From: Phoronis australis
Taxonomy: Eukaryota > Animalia > Phoronida
Assembly: GCA_002633005.1 (NCBI GenBank)
Contig: NMRA01000199.1
Span: forward strand, 530,637 to 594,636
Length of the DNA: 64,000 nucleotides
Direction of reading: 5' to 3'
In this document: piece by piece, positions 1-15,000 of the stretch
How positions within the stretch are numbered: position 1 is the first letter of the stretch
Layout of the letters: every line of letters begins with the position of its first letter
Program-made: the position numbers and the translations under genes
The notes under the pieces: model-generated
What the model was told of the DNA's origin: nothing
What the model saw: only the letters and a program-made list of their open reading frames with translations
Databases searched by the model: none

Positions 1-3000
1 ATCAAGTCAAGCCGCAAGCCAAGGACTTAAAAGTGTGGACGCTCCATTCTTGTTGCAGACTGATCACTGGATGGTCCAGTAACAAGCCTTGCTACAACTT
101 CAAAGTCCACATTTCCTAGTTAGTCTGCAAGGCAACTGCAATTCCTTTCAACTACGTTTTTGCAAGCAAATTGTTAAGTGTGAACGGGCCTTTACAGTTG
201 CATAAAAGCAACGATGACGTAGCTTTATCACGTGTCACGTTGCGATTTTTGAACAATGCACCCCACATTCCCACATCATGCAACAATCAGACATGATAAG
301 TTTTGAAGTTTAATGATACAAACAATGATGGGTGGACGGTAATTGAAAATGTTTTGGGGAAAGAAATCATTCGAAACTCGTACAGGTATCTTGCTTGTCA
401 TGACTTCTCCGATACAAGGAGATTGAATACACTGATATCAACACGAAAGTGCTATGCCTGTACCTCTACTCTTAAACAGATTTGCAAAGGACTACTTAAC
501 GTGCAGACAAAATTTACAAAGAAATTAATGAGAAGACTAAGGCAAATCTCCACTTATTTCACATAAAATAAATAGCTGGTAATTCATATCCACTGTCTCT
601 GTTCAATTTTGGTTTATTGCTCATGACTTCGACCGCTTTTCTGATTTTACAATTCTAATATTTACTTTCTCTAGACAGTATTTTGACTGTAAGTTTGCAA
701 ATGGACGTCGAGTGAAATTTCATTTTCTCACTTTTTCATGAAAGGCACGTAATACCAAATCAATACTTCTCCATGCCTAGGCTCTCAACTACAGCTACCA
801 TCACACAATGTTTTGAGAAATTGCAAGCATTCACAGCAATGTTAGTTCAGCCCTTGCAGACTGAAAAAGTGGCAATTTTGGCAAAATTTATTTTTTTCGA
901 AATTGGTGAGATTTTACTGTACGGGCATTTTTCCATCTGATGTGCTAAAAAGTAGCAGGCTTCTTTTGTCAATGAACCAGAGGAGTAGCGAAGAAGAAAC
1001 GGAAGCAACTACAAATAAGTAAAAAGTATTAAAATGCAACAGCAGTTTTGAAGAATTTTTAACAGATTTTTTATGGAAAAAGTCTGTGTTTCAAGGCCGT
1101 CAGACATGACAAATATATCTATGCCAACATAACTTAGGGGCAAATCTGATACACTAAAGCATGTTAAAACACAGGTTAGATTCCTTGCAGCTTTTAAAAA
1201 TGCCCTGGAGAAGTGTTAAACAGTTGTTAGTAATGACAAGAATGCAAACCTCAATTGGAAATGTCAGTCTTTATCGCCTTAAAGAAACTCTAGAGAGATC
1301 AAACCAGCAAATATATGAACAAGAAAGGTGGATACTTCGATGGTATAATTGTTCAACACATTCTTCAAACCACCTTTACGAAGAGCTATTAAACTTTACG
1401 CTGTTTCTTAAATCGGGACACAGGAATTAATCGCCAAAATCAGACTCAAAACTGACCAATCGTGAGGTAAGATTTGAGTACAAAGCTGACTCAAAGCATG
1501 CCACGTGATTGTTCGATTCTCCAATCGATCTCCAAGTACATATTAGACCTGAAGTTCTGGTCACTGACAAAAGAGAAAAACAAAAGTTCAGACAAACCAA
1601 ACTATAAAAAAAACTCACTGCTATAATGTCAAATTCCACATGACGATAGAAAGCATTTCATAGCTTCAGATTTCATATAGGCTCAGACAAGAAAGTTAAT
1701 GAGAATCCGCTCAAACTATGGCAAAAATGATCTGACATCATTAGACAAGAAGAACACTCAACAAATGGGTATTTCCTTTTACCCTTACTAGTAATAGTAA
1801 TATACGGGGGGGGGGGGGAAGTTATAATCTAATTGACATATGAATTTCACCATACGCATATATGCTTTTTTGTTTTTCAAATTTGTTCAATATTTTCATG
1901 GAATGGGTTTAACCGACCATCAGTTCATTCATTTTGACAGTATTTGGTCACGGTCGATTGGCAGAAAACACAAGAAAACTGATGATCGTCCTTACACCCC
2001 ACACACATCTTTTTCTGACCACTTACACCAGAAACCCATTTGAAAACTCTGTTCACACCATCCTACCTGTCTGAGTGACCACCCAAGATATGACCCTCTG
2101 ACCACTGGGCAGAGCTGCTATCATAAACAATATTATACTTGGTTGGAATATTGCTGAATTTCCAATAAACAACACAACCAGGTGTTTCCCATTAGCTCTT
2201 GTCTGAATGTGGCAGGCATAATGACCAAGGATGATTATATGCTTCATCAACAGCACTAGTCTATTTATAAACAGCAAGCAAACACACTGATGTTGTAATA
2301 TTGTGAAATCTAATTACCCACTTCCCCAAATTCACCTGAACGGTGCAAGGATGTGACCAGACATGAAGCCTGCTTATCCATTTTGGTTTGTGTCGGCAAT
2401 GGTCAAACCAAAGAGAACACCTGGCTTCAAATTTTTGCAATTACCAATTGTTTTTATAATAATATTCTGCCATAAAACCCCATTCCGGAAAGGATTCCAA
2501 GTTTGCTGATAATGTCCAGTTCAAAACGAGCTTTGAGACTCAGTCAACAAAATTTCTCTTTCAACATAGGCGACCAAAGCCTTTTCTAGATACAAACTTT
2601 CCAGAACCTGGAAAATTGGCATACATCGAGAATGTATCTTCAACGTACAAAACTGGCTAACATGATTCATTCTGAGGGACCACTGGGTTTTCAAGCGCAG
2701 AAGACTCTTCTCCCTAAATTTCAACATAGACAACCTTAGCTAAGTACCAGTCACTCTCCATTACATCTGTATTTCCCATGCCTCCCACATTACTCTCAAA
2801 AATGTTACCACAATCTCAGGTTCCCACCAGACACATGTTTGGTTATTAACCCATTGAATGTGGGAGGGCTTCTCTCACAGTCAAAGAGGGGCTTTGTGAC
2901 AGTATGCAGTCTAGCTCTTGGGGTCAGAATATGTAAACAGTGTGCACAGTTCCTCCAATAACATACCATAACCTTGATTATGTAACCAGGTACCATATGG

Positions 3001-6000
3001 TGCACAGTATAGGTTTTTGCCTTGTACCAAAAATAACCAAGTTTGTACCTTGATCCAAACAGAGAATGTCTAAGAGAAAATGCCACAGGACTCTGCCGGA
3101 CAGAAATCTCCTTTGTTGAGGAGATAGGAAAATGCATTGTTACATTGGCCTCGTTTTAGAAATACTGGCTGTTTCCAGCTCAGACCACAAACCTAGTGTT
3201 ATACAGTCCAAGATTCTAGGAAACATGTCTGAAAATATGGCATTAACAGATAGATACTACTCATGTTTATCTGTCTGAGATCTAGCCCATGGCACAGGAG
3301 TAAAACTTGGCTGGCATTGGAAGGTCGAATACAATTAATGCAGTCGAGAAAAACTTGAAAAATGCAAGACGCCAACAAATAAAATCCCAACATGATATCT
3401 CAGAAATGGCCGATTGAAACCATATGAAACTCTCAGAAGTACCATGATTTATGCATTGTTCTCCAAAATGTAGTTAGGAATTATATTAAAATTTTCCACT
3501 ATTGCATGAGGGCTTGAGGGGCTATCAAAAATGGGAGAAAATCAAGTTACATATAATGAAAACGAATGATACTTTAGAAAACTGTAACAGCACTTTTGAG
3601 ACTTCATTTTGAAGAGTTAGTTTGAACGAAATGCTTTCTGCTTTTAGAAAATATGAACTTTTGCTAATCTATATTTTTGTAGATATTTGGCAAAATACAG
3701 CAACAATTCGACAAGGTCCTACTACACCAAACTGCTTGTGTTCATAACCCCTTTCCTAATTTGTTCCTCCAAAGCAGGTTATGGTAGTCTTCAGTGTAAA
3801 TGGGCTATAGGACTGACTTACAGAGCCTCAGTCTTACAGCGCTGGGATTGAATTTCTGGTTTGATGATGTAAAGTGATGCATTAATTGGAAGCACCTGAC
3901 CAGTACTGCTACAAAATGACAATGTGGGAACACCAAGTTAGGCTCAAACTGCATGTGATTCATAAACTGACCATGAGTCACTCACTGGCTATTCACTTTC
4001 AACCAATAAATATGTTGAAAAATACTTTGGACAGTAACCATGGGCAGATTTACGATGGGCCCAAAATCCCAGGCCACCTTACCGAATGACCAAAAATGCC
4101 TTCAGCAAGCCGTTTTTAGGGTACAAAGATATTTTCCTCTGAAAACTTTGATTGTCTCACCTCACCACATCCTTGATTCATCTGTCCATTGTATTATACG
4201 GTAAATAGGTGAAGGATTATGGAAGTTACTCAACCACAGTAGCAAACGGTCTCACCAAGGAAAACCTTTTTGGCATTTATTCCTTCTTAGAGCATTCAAG
4301 CTAAGCACTGAGTTATGTCCCAAGGAACTACCAGCAAATGGTCACCTTATAGGGACATGTGTGTCCAAACTCACAGCTGTTGCAGTATTTCAGGTTTTTC
4401 ACAAATTGTAAAATAGGTTCACTGATCCGACAGCCAGTTTATCCCAAAGTCCATTTGTCTGAAAATTAACCCCTTAGTCCCAAGACCCATCGGACTGAAA
4501 AATACAACCTTTGTCCTATGGCTTAAAAGCCAGAAAAATGAGTTGTCTGACGAAGGGTTCATTTTCGGGTGAACGGGTTTACGCACCAGTGGGCCACCAG
4601 AGAAACGTGGGGAAATCTGTGGAAAAATGACCTTTCGCACTAGTGGGCTTTCCGACTAATTGGGACTTCAGACAAATAGGATGTCAGAAAATTGAGTGTC
4701 CCTGATTATTTCAATAGCCACCTAACAGTACTTGAACTTGGTCTGCACGCCAATCATAAAATGTCAGTGTCGCCCTCTGCCAACCAATACTTCTTGAGCT
4801 TCTATAATTCTTTAAAACAAGACAACCACTCACTACATAAGATGACAGGTCCTAGTTTAATATTCAAGCACTGCAAAACATGATGAATGGCAATTACTAG
4901 ATACGTTTGTCCTGCTAATTGACACTGGAATTGAAAACAAATTCCCCTGAATAAAATACACAGCCCCAAACATCACTGTTCTTGACAAAATATGATAAGT
5001 CTGTCAACAACTGATAACTATGATTGCAAATTGCTTATGCAATTATCTGAAGCATTCACACCTCAATGGTTCCTTGGAAAAGAAAATATGCCAGGCCACA
5101 ATCACTGCAAAGGGGGGCAGGACCTCTGGTTCAATGAACTTCTACAAGGCACTGAAAAACTGACAGCCCAGCCAGTGTGTCAGTTGTTGTGGGTTCATTT
5201 ATGACAGCATGCCAGGCATCCTTTCAGGGCCAGGAGACAACCTTGGGATATCAGGATGTGATTCTAGAAGTCTCTGGTATTCGAGCTCATTAGTGGAATT
5301 TCCTGGTAATCATCCAATCTGTTTAAGACATCAACAGATTTGGAATGCGTGAAGAGACTTAAGCAACTACAGCAAAATTTCTACACTTTGGGATAGTTTT
5401 CGAAATTTGGGACTCCAAAATTGAAACCGAAACTTTTTTGTTCTGATTATTGGGACATAGGGAATTTTGACAATCATCAAGTTTCTCAAATATTGGACAC
5501 TGTGTTTGTATGAACAAAACTTGAAATTAGACTTGACACTGTAACTTTCATAAATCACCAAAAAAGCGGCCTACGCAACATTTTCATGTGTCTCCAGAGT
5601 GTGTAACATTGAATGATTATTGCAGATCATAAATCTTGAATATGGGATGGCCAATACTGCCAATTTCTAAAATTTGGTACAATCTATGGTCATGAGGAAA
5701 ATAATTTTGTCAGTGTCCTAAGCGAGAGAATATTTACCGTACTTATTTCAGCACTTGTCACTAGTGTGTACTAGAAGTGAAAGCACAGGTCCACTGCAAC
5801 ATGATTTTTGGTCCAAGTATGTCTAAGTAACTGTCACAGAAAACTAATACAACATTGAAAGTGAGCTTCACAATGTCTCAAATAAATACATAGATTAAGC
5901 AATTCTTTTGAGTGAAAGATTCTCGAGGCACGTGCCATTTTGTCATGCTGAAGCCAAATATGCGATGTCACGGGATGTTAAGGATATAACAATGGTCCCA

Positions 6001-8084
6001 CAATGCATTTGAAAAAAAGGCAGCAACACCCTTGTACTGAAGTACTGAAATTCCCTGAACTGTGGACAATTTCACAGTGGGTTGCTGCCTATAACATGTT
6101 GTTCTTTACACAACAGTATAAACAATCCCTATGCTCTTAACTCATAGTCTCCCACTCTTAGGTGTGCGGTTTCAATACAAAAACAAATTTCATTTTAACA
6201 ATCCTAATAGTCGCTCAGTGGTCTAAAGTTGTACACCAGTGGTCAGATTCTGAGGTTGAATCTCACCTAGTATCCTGATCAGATTCCCACACTTCAACAC
6301 CACAAGAATCCTCAGTTCAGATGTTAGGGTTTTGAACAAGGCAAGAGCACAAGTCAAAACTCTGGTACTGGATGGCAAGAGTAGGCTCTATTTCCAAATT
6401 ATAAGTATTAAAGACATGCTGCTCTGAAAGTGTGCATTTCCCCCAAAAATACCCCCCAAAGAGCAGGTTTTATTCAGTTCCCACAAAAGGTTTCAATTTT
6501 CAACACCAAAAATCTACAGAAGGGCATATAATAACACATTTCGTTTTTAGAACTTTGGTTGAAAAAATAAATAATCTTTGACAACACGGCACCTCTTCAT
6601 GTACTCTTTCAAGGTTGAAAAGACGATAAAAGTGGAGTAAATGGGTCCCTCTTGAAAATGGCTGCCGAGAACCAATTTTCGCTGAATAACAGCAATGTCC
6701 GTTACTTGGTAAAAATTGGTTTCCAGTAACCATTTTGAAGAGGGGCCCATTTACTCCACTTTTACCGAAAAGACAGCATCTCCAAGAAGATCAACAGAAG
6801 AGAATTAACAAAGAACAAACAGGAGGGTATTTCCACCAGCAGCGCCCCCATCAAAAATTTAGTAGGGTAGCAGGCCTTTATCCAGGATTTCGAAAATATT
6901 GTGTCCAAAATGGGGTTCCCAATATTCCAGGGCGTCCATGATTCCAGCGCGTAACCCCCCACCCCCAGCAGTCCCCCCAAACACACAGATTTTTTTACAA
7001 AAAAAATGCATAGACCAAGGTTTTCACATCTTAGTTCACAAAACAGCCTTATGCAGTGAGCATTTTTACTAAAAAGAACTGTGTAGACCAAGACTTTTAC
7101 AATGCTATCAACCAAGTGTGAGCATAGCAACATTGTATATATTTTGTATATACATTGTATATTTCTTCCTGCTTTAAAAAAGAGCCACCACTGCAAGTCT
7201 TCATAGGCTTCCTAGTAATCATTACAATGTGTGTGCCCAAACTTGAAAGGTTCCTATTGATAGTGGGCTTCCAAATGATACATTGGGCGTCCTTGCCAGG
7301 GCGTCCATATTAGTGCAAGGACATACGCTGCATAAAAGCCTGTTGGGCAGTTGGACACTGGTCTCTAGAAATGGAAGTACAGATCCCAAGACATAACATA
7401 GGAAAGCAGTTATGAGTCAAACCTGTCTACCACCTGAACAACAGTGTAATGATAACACTTCGGCAGGTGATGATAACCCATCTGGAGAAAATCAGTCTTG
7501 CACCTGGTCAAAATCTGTGAGCGAATATGTCCCAATACCTTGCCTCACCTCTGACAAAAGACTATCAAAAATACAATCCTCTCTTTCATAGTGCAAGAGT
7601 AAGATCCAAGCCTACAGCAGCGACTTCAGGGTAAGGCAACGAAAATATTTTAATATTATTGCTACATCTGAAAATTTTTCCATGAACAATTAAAACCAAG
7701 TATCAAACCTGAATTGTCCAAATAGCAAATCACAAACTACCGTAGTCGCAATCAGTCTTTCTCAAGCATTTGAACGATCATGTATTGATTCTATGTCTAT
7801 GATGAGAAGTCAAAGGCTCGTTATCCATGACACCCATGCAATATCAACACCATTCATTTCTTTGTTTTCAATTTTCTAATCACTGCGTGTAGTTTCAATA
7901 TGACGAGATTGGAGTCAATGAACAGCTGAACACACGCGGGATTTACACTCTCATGGTAAACTCAGTGACAATGAAGGTGTAAGACAAAAATAGCACAGCA
8001 AATTCAGTCGACAGCAAGTGGCAAAAAATCACACAAATTCAACAGTGACTTGCATTAGAAAAGCACGCACGCTAATTAACAAAC

Positions 8085-8233
8085 CTATCGATGAATCCGT
8101 CGCCGTCTTGATCGCACGCTTGGAAAAGCCTTCTCAACCGTTCCTCGTCTCCAGTGCTGCTAGAATCACTGCTGTTGTCTGATTTCCGAACATCGGCATC
8201 CCCTTTCAAGGACGAAACATTCCTGTGTAGCAT
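8085..8233 (-). CDS. MCC: MCC (colorectal mutant cancer protein) homologue, first coding exon containing the start of the N-terminal EF-hand; the gene continues toward and beyond the window start
   Basis: Translation MLHRNVSSLKGDADVRKSDNSSDSSSTGDEERLRRLFQACDQDGDGFIDR closely resembles the vertebrate MCC long-isoform N-terminus as I recall it (SSSDTSSTGEEERMRRLFQTCDGDGDGYISR). It has a DxDGDG EF-hand loop. ATG is at 8233-8231 and a phase-2 donor AG|GTTTGT follows at 8085/8084. No further MCC exon was recognised in 1-8084. Confidence 0.82.
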
Positions 8234-8724
8234 TTTGACATTTTTGTTCCGCTTAAAGCTAATTTTTCGACAAATAATCCACGGATCAGATATAAATCCA
8301 CACCATAACAAGGCGACTTAGCATGAACTTTCAGGATGCACCAGCTAGACGCGCTGGTTGATAACCAAAAGATAGTAAAATTACACTTTTTTTAGGATAA
8401 TATTAGAATTACAGCTCTTTTATTGAATTAATGCTTTCAAATTTATTTTCGTATAAAAATTAACTGTACAATCTGTTTCAAACAAAACATTAAAGTAAAA
8501 TATCTTTTGAGTTATCGACGCTGTAAGTCTTATCTATATAAGTTTTCAACAAATCTAATTGGTGGAATTTTGTGATGTCACAGTTGGGGATTCCCTCGCG
8601 CGAAATGTAAATAAAGCAGTATGTTCCAGCCTTGGAATCGATTTTGTCATCAGATAAATTGAGTTTCCTGAATTACACCAAAACGCACATGCTTTTCTTA
8701 GCCCAAGTACAGTAGCGCAATTTC

Positions 8725-8935
8725 TTACCGTACGACGAATGTGTCCATAAGAAATTCGGCCCGTTTCACGGAGTCTTGCATTTCATCAGTAGATTTGTAC
8801 GGGAACCGCTGACGCGAGGCCATTTGTGTCCCTATCACGAACACTGATCCAAGTTCCTTTTTTTGTGGAGCTGGGCAATTAACGCATTTGAGAAGACTGA
8901 ACAGCAGTATAACACTGACTGAATTAAACTGCAAT
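8725..8935. repeat. Dispersed repeat shared, inverted, with about 53850-54040
   Basis: CACTGATCCAAGTTCCTTTTTTGTGGAGCTGGGCA (about 8842-8877) is the approximate reverse complement of TGCCCAACTCTACACAAAAGGAACTTGGATCAGTG (about 53891-53925), with similar flanks. Confidence 0.65.
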
Positions 8936-11900
8936 GTTGTACAGTGAACCTAGTTATTTAACTATCAGGTTTTTGAAATTTAATTCCTTGTAACAAGGTC
9001 GGTTATTGAAGAAGAAACAAGTAAATTGGCCAAAACGATGTAATTGCATTGGGTTTGTTGACCAGTATTTCAATCGGCACAAACATGTTCACCTTCATTG
9101 TCGTAATTGGCATACGAGCTGTGACGCCACACAAAAGACTGCGTGAACACTCATCGATAAACTATAAGGGTTTGTTGGCCAGTCGCCATGAGTTTAAGCT
9201 TCATTTGAAATACATACCAAGTTAGCTACATAATAGTTATACATTAGGTTTTTATTCGGTGACATTTAGTCTAGTTTCCATGTCTGCATCAACCAGTAAC
9301 AAGGAAAGACTAGGTGAAATTGGAAGCCATCATGACTTTTATTTTTAGTTTTGCATGTTGCCTCTATTAGCATTATGGATAGCCGGACTCTGCCAAACAT
9401 TTCTGCAATATGGTTCATGAAAGATGAGGTCAACCAGTTTATTTAAATCAGCTGATCACCAAAAGCATACTTTTCCAACCTTAACTGGCATAACTTGGGT
9501 CACAATCCAGGCTTTAGATAACAGACTGCTTAACCATGTCACTCAAGCAGAATGCTTTGGCTTGTTTTGCAGTACAAACGTGCTTCTACTTTCATATCAC
9601 ATAAAGGTTATAAGAAAGGAACAATGTGCAATTTAAATCATTGAGCAACAACTGAATAAATATTTGTTTCAGAAAAATTACAGAAACGAGAGTGAAATAA
9701 AAGACAATTTGAAATGTTGAAAAACGGACACAAATCACATTGTAACTTAGAATAGTAAAAATCTGAGCAAATGGCTTTGTTTCGAGATATTCACCAGACT
9801 CTAATGCTATAGAGGCTGGATGCGAGACTAGCCAATTTGCTTGTACTATTGACCACTAACTTAGGCTGGGCATGGATAAGCAATAAGAATTTGGATGTTG
9901 ATCAAAATAACTGGTCATCACTAAACAGTACGTTGTTGTGATCATAACGGCTCTGATATTGGTGAAAGTGTGTGGCAAAAACAAATTATATAAATGTAAG
10001 GACTGAAGCGAGTTTCAACTATCCTTAGACAGCAGAATGCCGCTGATGTTGCAACAACACTTAGGAGCGATCATTAAACTCACTAGGGTATGATTCTCAC
10101 ACTCGGACATTTGTAAAACCTTGGTTTTCTAGCCTGTGAAAGGCAGTTCATGCGAACCACTTCATTGGACAACTGTGTAAGCATTTGGACACTTCCTCCT
10201 TTGCTTGATCATCGAATGGCAGTTAATTCCCACCAGGCCTCGTCCGCCATGTTTGCATCTCAAGCTATCGTAAGTTGCACTTAATTGGCCTTCAATGTTT
10301 GGCACTTACGCAGCCGGGAGTGATTTTCAAAAGCATATCGAGTAAATACAAACTACTCCATCTACCTGTGGTCAGAAGCATGCAGAGGTTTGGTGATGCC
10401 CAGGGCGATTTTTTATTGGATGCCCCTCTCTCTACTCAAATCCATAGTACTAAGAAAAGTAAAAAAATGATGAAGCATTAAATAGAGAGGACGTCTCGAG
10501 AAGTTGAACCCGCCGGGCCCCTCTTTCTCCACACTACTACATGTGGTGACCTACATTTTTGAAATTCAGTCATGATGCTTAGTGCAATCCCGTCACTGAA
10601 CACTGACCAACCAATTAGGTTGACTTCATAAGCAAAACTTCCAACACAAGAAGCAGAGATCGTTTTCACTTCAAAGATTTTTATTAAACTTAACAACTGA
10701 TCACATGGTGCTTTGGAAATAAACATTTGGCACAGTTCTATGCTGCTTGACATTTTCCAAAAAAAGTACCTTGGATATCTCTTGCAGCCACATCAGGTTT
10801 CCCAGCTCGCAATCGCTGGATTTGTAAGTTCATTGAAGGATTGCTGAAACTTAACGATTTTGAAGCCAGCTAAGCTGTATTTTGAAAATAGGCTTCACTG
10901 ACAAATGAGCACTGGGCATGCTGATTGCTGTAATAAACAATGTGCTTGCTTAGCATGTGACTCTCAAAAGCAAACCCCAGGCAGAACAAGTGAAACGAAT
11001 ACCTTGTCATTTCCACTTCATTAATGCCAAGTCATTGCTGTCACAGGGGACAAATAATTGAGGACTGTCAGGGAAAACAAGTGTGACTGAGCGGCAACTA
11101 TTGATAGCATGAGACCTACAGCACAAAGACAGCAAAAATAAGTCATTTTGGCTGTCTTACAATGTCATTATACATGTATACGCGTTTAACAAAATATAAT
11201 TTGTAGAAAAAGAAAAGGAATGGATAATCATCTCATGAGCTGGAATGGATAAAAACTTGCTATAAAAATATACATTTCAATAAAACACCACTGTACGGTA
11301 CACAAATTGGAAGAGCATGGCCACAGTGCATTCACGCAGCACTGCTCATTGTCATGTCATGTCATGTCATTTTGTATGACTTCTCACCAGAGATACATTA
11401 CAAGGAGCAGAGAACCAGTCAAACAAATGCAATAGGTTTACTTGAAGTGTTTTCAACACAACAGCGCACATAGAACAAAAATACAGCTCTACTGTCGGTA
11501 TCGCTTGCTAGGCAGCTAATTCAAACATTTAATACAAGGACTGGCCATAGGGCACTCATTAAACTAAATGCGCCAAATAAATAAGTAAATAAACAATAAA
11601 ACAATGAAGCAATTTCAAGATGTAAACATACCACGAGCTTACATATATTGTTTCAATCACAAGATGTCATAATAACAACATTGATTTTCAACAGCAATGC
11701 TGTTCTCATCATTAGCAAGCAAAGTGTTATGATAGTGAGCCAATAAACCTGAGAAACACACATAACTAGCTGGCTCAATTCAATGACTCATGCACAAAGT
11801 AGAAACTGTATACCTAAAGTTCTAAATAACGTCATGTCAGCTAAACCCCCATTCTGTGCATAGTTTTAAACAACAAAGTTTGACATGCTCATATTATAGT

Positions 11901-12090
11901 AAATGGAATCACACAACTTTACTAATGATACATGTCTACCAACACAATGTCAAAACCGTTGCTTTTAAAATATGGAAACTGGCAGCAGACACACCTTACC
12001 TTCAAAATGCCATCCTCAATTCAATTTATTAGAAACTCAGAACTCACGGCTAGGTACAAATCGAAACACAGGACTAAGAAACAACCTCCA

Positions 12091-15000
12091 TCACCAGATA
12101 CGGCCATCAGCGTATGCCGGGTGCAACAGTCTGTATTCATGACGCGCCTTTGACGCGGCAGCACTCTCTAGAATGAGAGCACCATGTGCTTCCTGCTCCT
12201 GTTTACGCTGACGCAGTCGCACCTCCATGTCGCGTCTGAAAACAAGAATGAGATGAAGTCACCGCTTCAGATTTTGATGACCTGTGAATGTATGGTGTAG
12301 AGAATTCTTAACAGCTAAGAAGGATTGTAAAAAACAGGAAGTCACAGGCTTGAGGCTGCCAGGTCAGTGGACGATGCATAGCCTTCTCAACGACTGAAAG
12401 ACATAGAAATGCGCAGATGTCACAAACTGAAGTAACATCACCCGATGAAAATAATGGGTACTTACAGCTGTCTTGCTGCCTACGGTGAACTATTCCACCA
12501 CTGAACAATCTCTAATTGTCATAACAACCATGGATTTGCAAACAACAATTACGCTCTCTTCACATGCAGTACGGTTCACAGACATTTCGCTGAAAGGGCG
12601 ATGCCTGGACTTCTAAGAAAGCTGCGGGATGTCTCCGTACTGCCGATCTATGATCTGCATCCCTTGCCAGCTGACGGCCCCTTGACATCTTCCAGGTAGT
12701 GCCTCCTTGTTGCCCATTTGACGAAATGTTCGTGAACTGTACTGCATTCCATGTACACAACTTCTTATTAAAATTTGGCAGCAGTTAGAAAACAACCGAT
12801 TCAAAGGTTGGCCAATACAAAGCTCAGCATTCAATGTAAGGCTTCAAAACCTAAGCTTAGAACGTAATAGTCACCTACAGAGGTCCCGCATTTAGATAAC
12901 CAGTTTTCTCCACTCAGTAACAAGTATCAAACTGGTTCTCAAAATCTGGGGCCTCAGTAAGTGACTGGTGCCGACTGGAAAACAAAGCAGGAGTAGTGCA
13001 CTCACTTGACCCTGGCATCTGTGTCGGGATTAATCTCATCATCAATGGTGACACTCAACTTGGAGATGGTGAAACAGGAACCAAACAGTTTAGCCTAGAA
13101 ATTGAAGAAACGTAAAGGACATGAGAAGGCTGGCAAACAATGATGACTACAGTACAATAAAAGTATTTAGTAAATCCTTTAACTGCAGTTGTTATTGTAA
13201 TAGTATAACATACTATTGACCCACATACACCACCATTTGGTGCTGAAGACATCTTCAGATGAGACATTGCAGGAGTGTTATGCACGTGATTCCAGCAAAT
13301 ACAAATGTCTTGCATTCTTCTGTCCACAAAAGTAAAGGACATGAGAAGGCTGGCAAACAATGATGACTACAGTACAATAAAAGTATTTAGTAAATCCTTT
13401 AACTGCAGTTGTTATTGTAATAGTATAGCATACTATTGACCCACATACACCACCATTTGGTGCTGAAGACATCTTCAGATGAGACATTGCAGGAGTGTTA
13501 TGCACGTGATTCCAGCAAATACATAATGTCTTGCATTTTTCTGTCCACAAAACCAAGACACGCAAAATGCAGTTTAGTGGTTGTTTTAAATAAGAGCAAA
13601 CTTATCCTGATTCAAGTGCTACTTTCAAGCTACTCACTTTTCATGCATCCAGTGAATTTCATCAATAATCATGACATTGACAACCGAAATTTTATCAGAA
13701 ATAACCCGAAGGTTAACCATTCAGATTTTTAAAATAATACACAGTGTGGTTACAATGTCAACTCGCTGAAAATGAAACACAGCTGAACTGAGCATCACTG
13801 GTCAACATGACTCATCAACCCTGCACAATTTATTAATCTATTACTTAGGCCATATCATGTTTACAGTAAGGAGTGCTTACCTGTCCCGACTTGTAGAAGT
13901 CAACAGCTCTCTGACACGAGTCTTCATCTGACATTAGAACCCAGGCAATGCCATTATTTTGTTTGGTGATGATATCCTGTGGCAGTAATAAATAAACCAT
14001 ATCATTAAGAAAAGTTTAAAACTTTTAAAAACATCAGCTTATATCCTAGCATTAAAATACATAATAAATCATCAAAATCATTTAAAGGTTTTCATTTTTG
14101 AACCTTATTCAAATAGTATTCATAAATGCATTAGGAGGCATAGTGGCACAGTGGAATAAGTGTTTGCACCCTTTACCGAAGGTTGTAGGTTCGAGTCCCA
14201 CTGGAAAACACCGCTAAACCCTTAAGTTAGATCTCTCAACCTTCTCCGTTCAGTTTTAACTATAAATCAATTAAGCATAAAAATGGTTCCAGGTGATCAG
14301 TGAAATGGGCCCCTCTGAACGGCCTGAGCATGTCTGATAAAACATATACCAGACCACCTGGAATTACTTCTTTATTTATAAGTACCAATGATTCGAGTGC
14401 AGCGCAGAAATATTTAAATGGATAGCATCTGTAGTGTGATTCACTACCTATAGAAATGTTTACGATTTGACAGTGCTATTTATCATCAATACTGCAAGAC
14501 ACTTCCATTAATTACCGATCACATGCTTGCACTACGGTAATGATAGATTGACAAGGTTGTTTTTGATCAAGACGGGTGTTCTCACACACTTTAAACTTCA
14601 ACACATGTACAACGAGATTCTGATTTTTGAGTTAACAGGCCTAAGGAAAACAATTTTGGTCATATGTCAAAAAAAACCCTTTGCTTTAGATCACTTGCAA
14701 TTATAGACTTGGTCTCATCTTTTCCCTCACTCAAATTAGAAGGACATGATTTCTGGACTTGGAATGGACAGGTATTGCTTGAAACCAAGATTGACAAGTG
14801 TTCTTGCCACGTCGGGCCATTTCATGTGCCACGTATGGTCTCAAGAGTAAACAAGTCACCAATTCTTTCCCAGCCCAGCTTGAGAAACACTTCTCATTTG
14901 AATAGGAAACAAACTGAGACAATTTGATAGGAGTAAGGGGTCTAAATCAAAGGTTTGTTTCTTTGATGTATAAATACAGGTTTATCGCAGCTTTTTGTTT

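Noticed and set aside
12560-12834. Overlapping minus-strand ORFs as an extra gene A exon
   Set aside because: No convincing splice sites or similarity; exon 17 joins in frame directly to 12235-12091.
14134-14205. Possible tRNA gene (also a weaker head near 6208-6270)
   Set aside because: A and B boxes are present but there are no intact acceptor or anticodon stems; this fits a SINE head.
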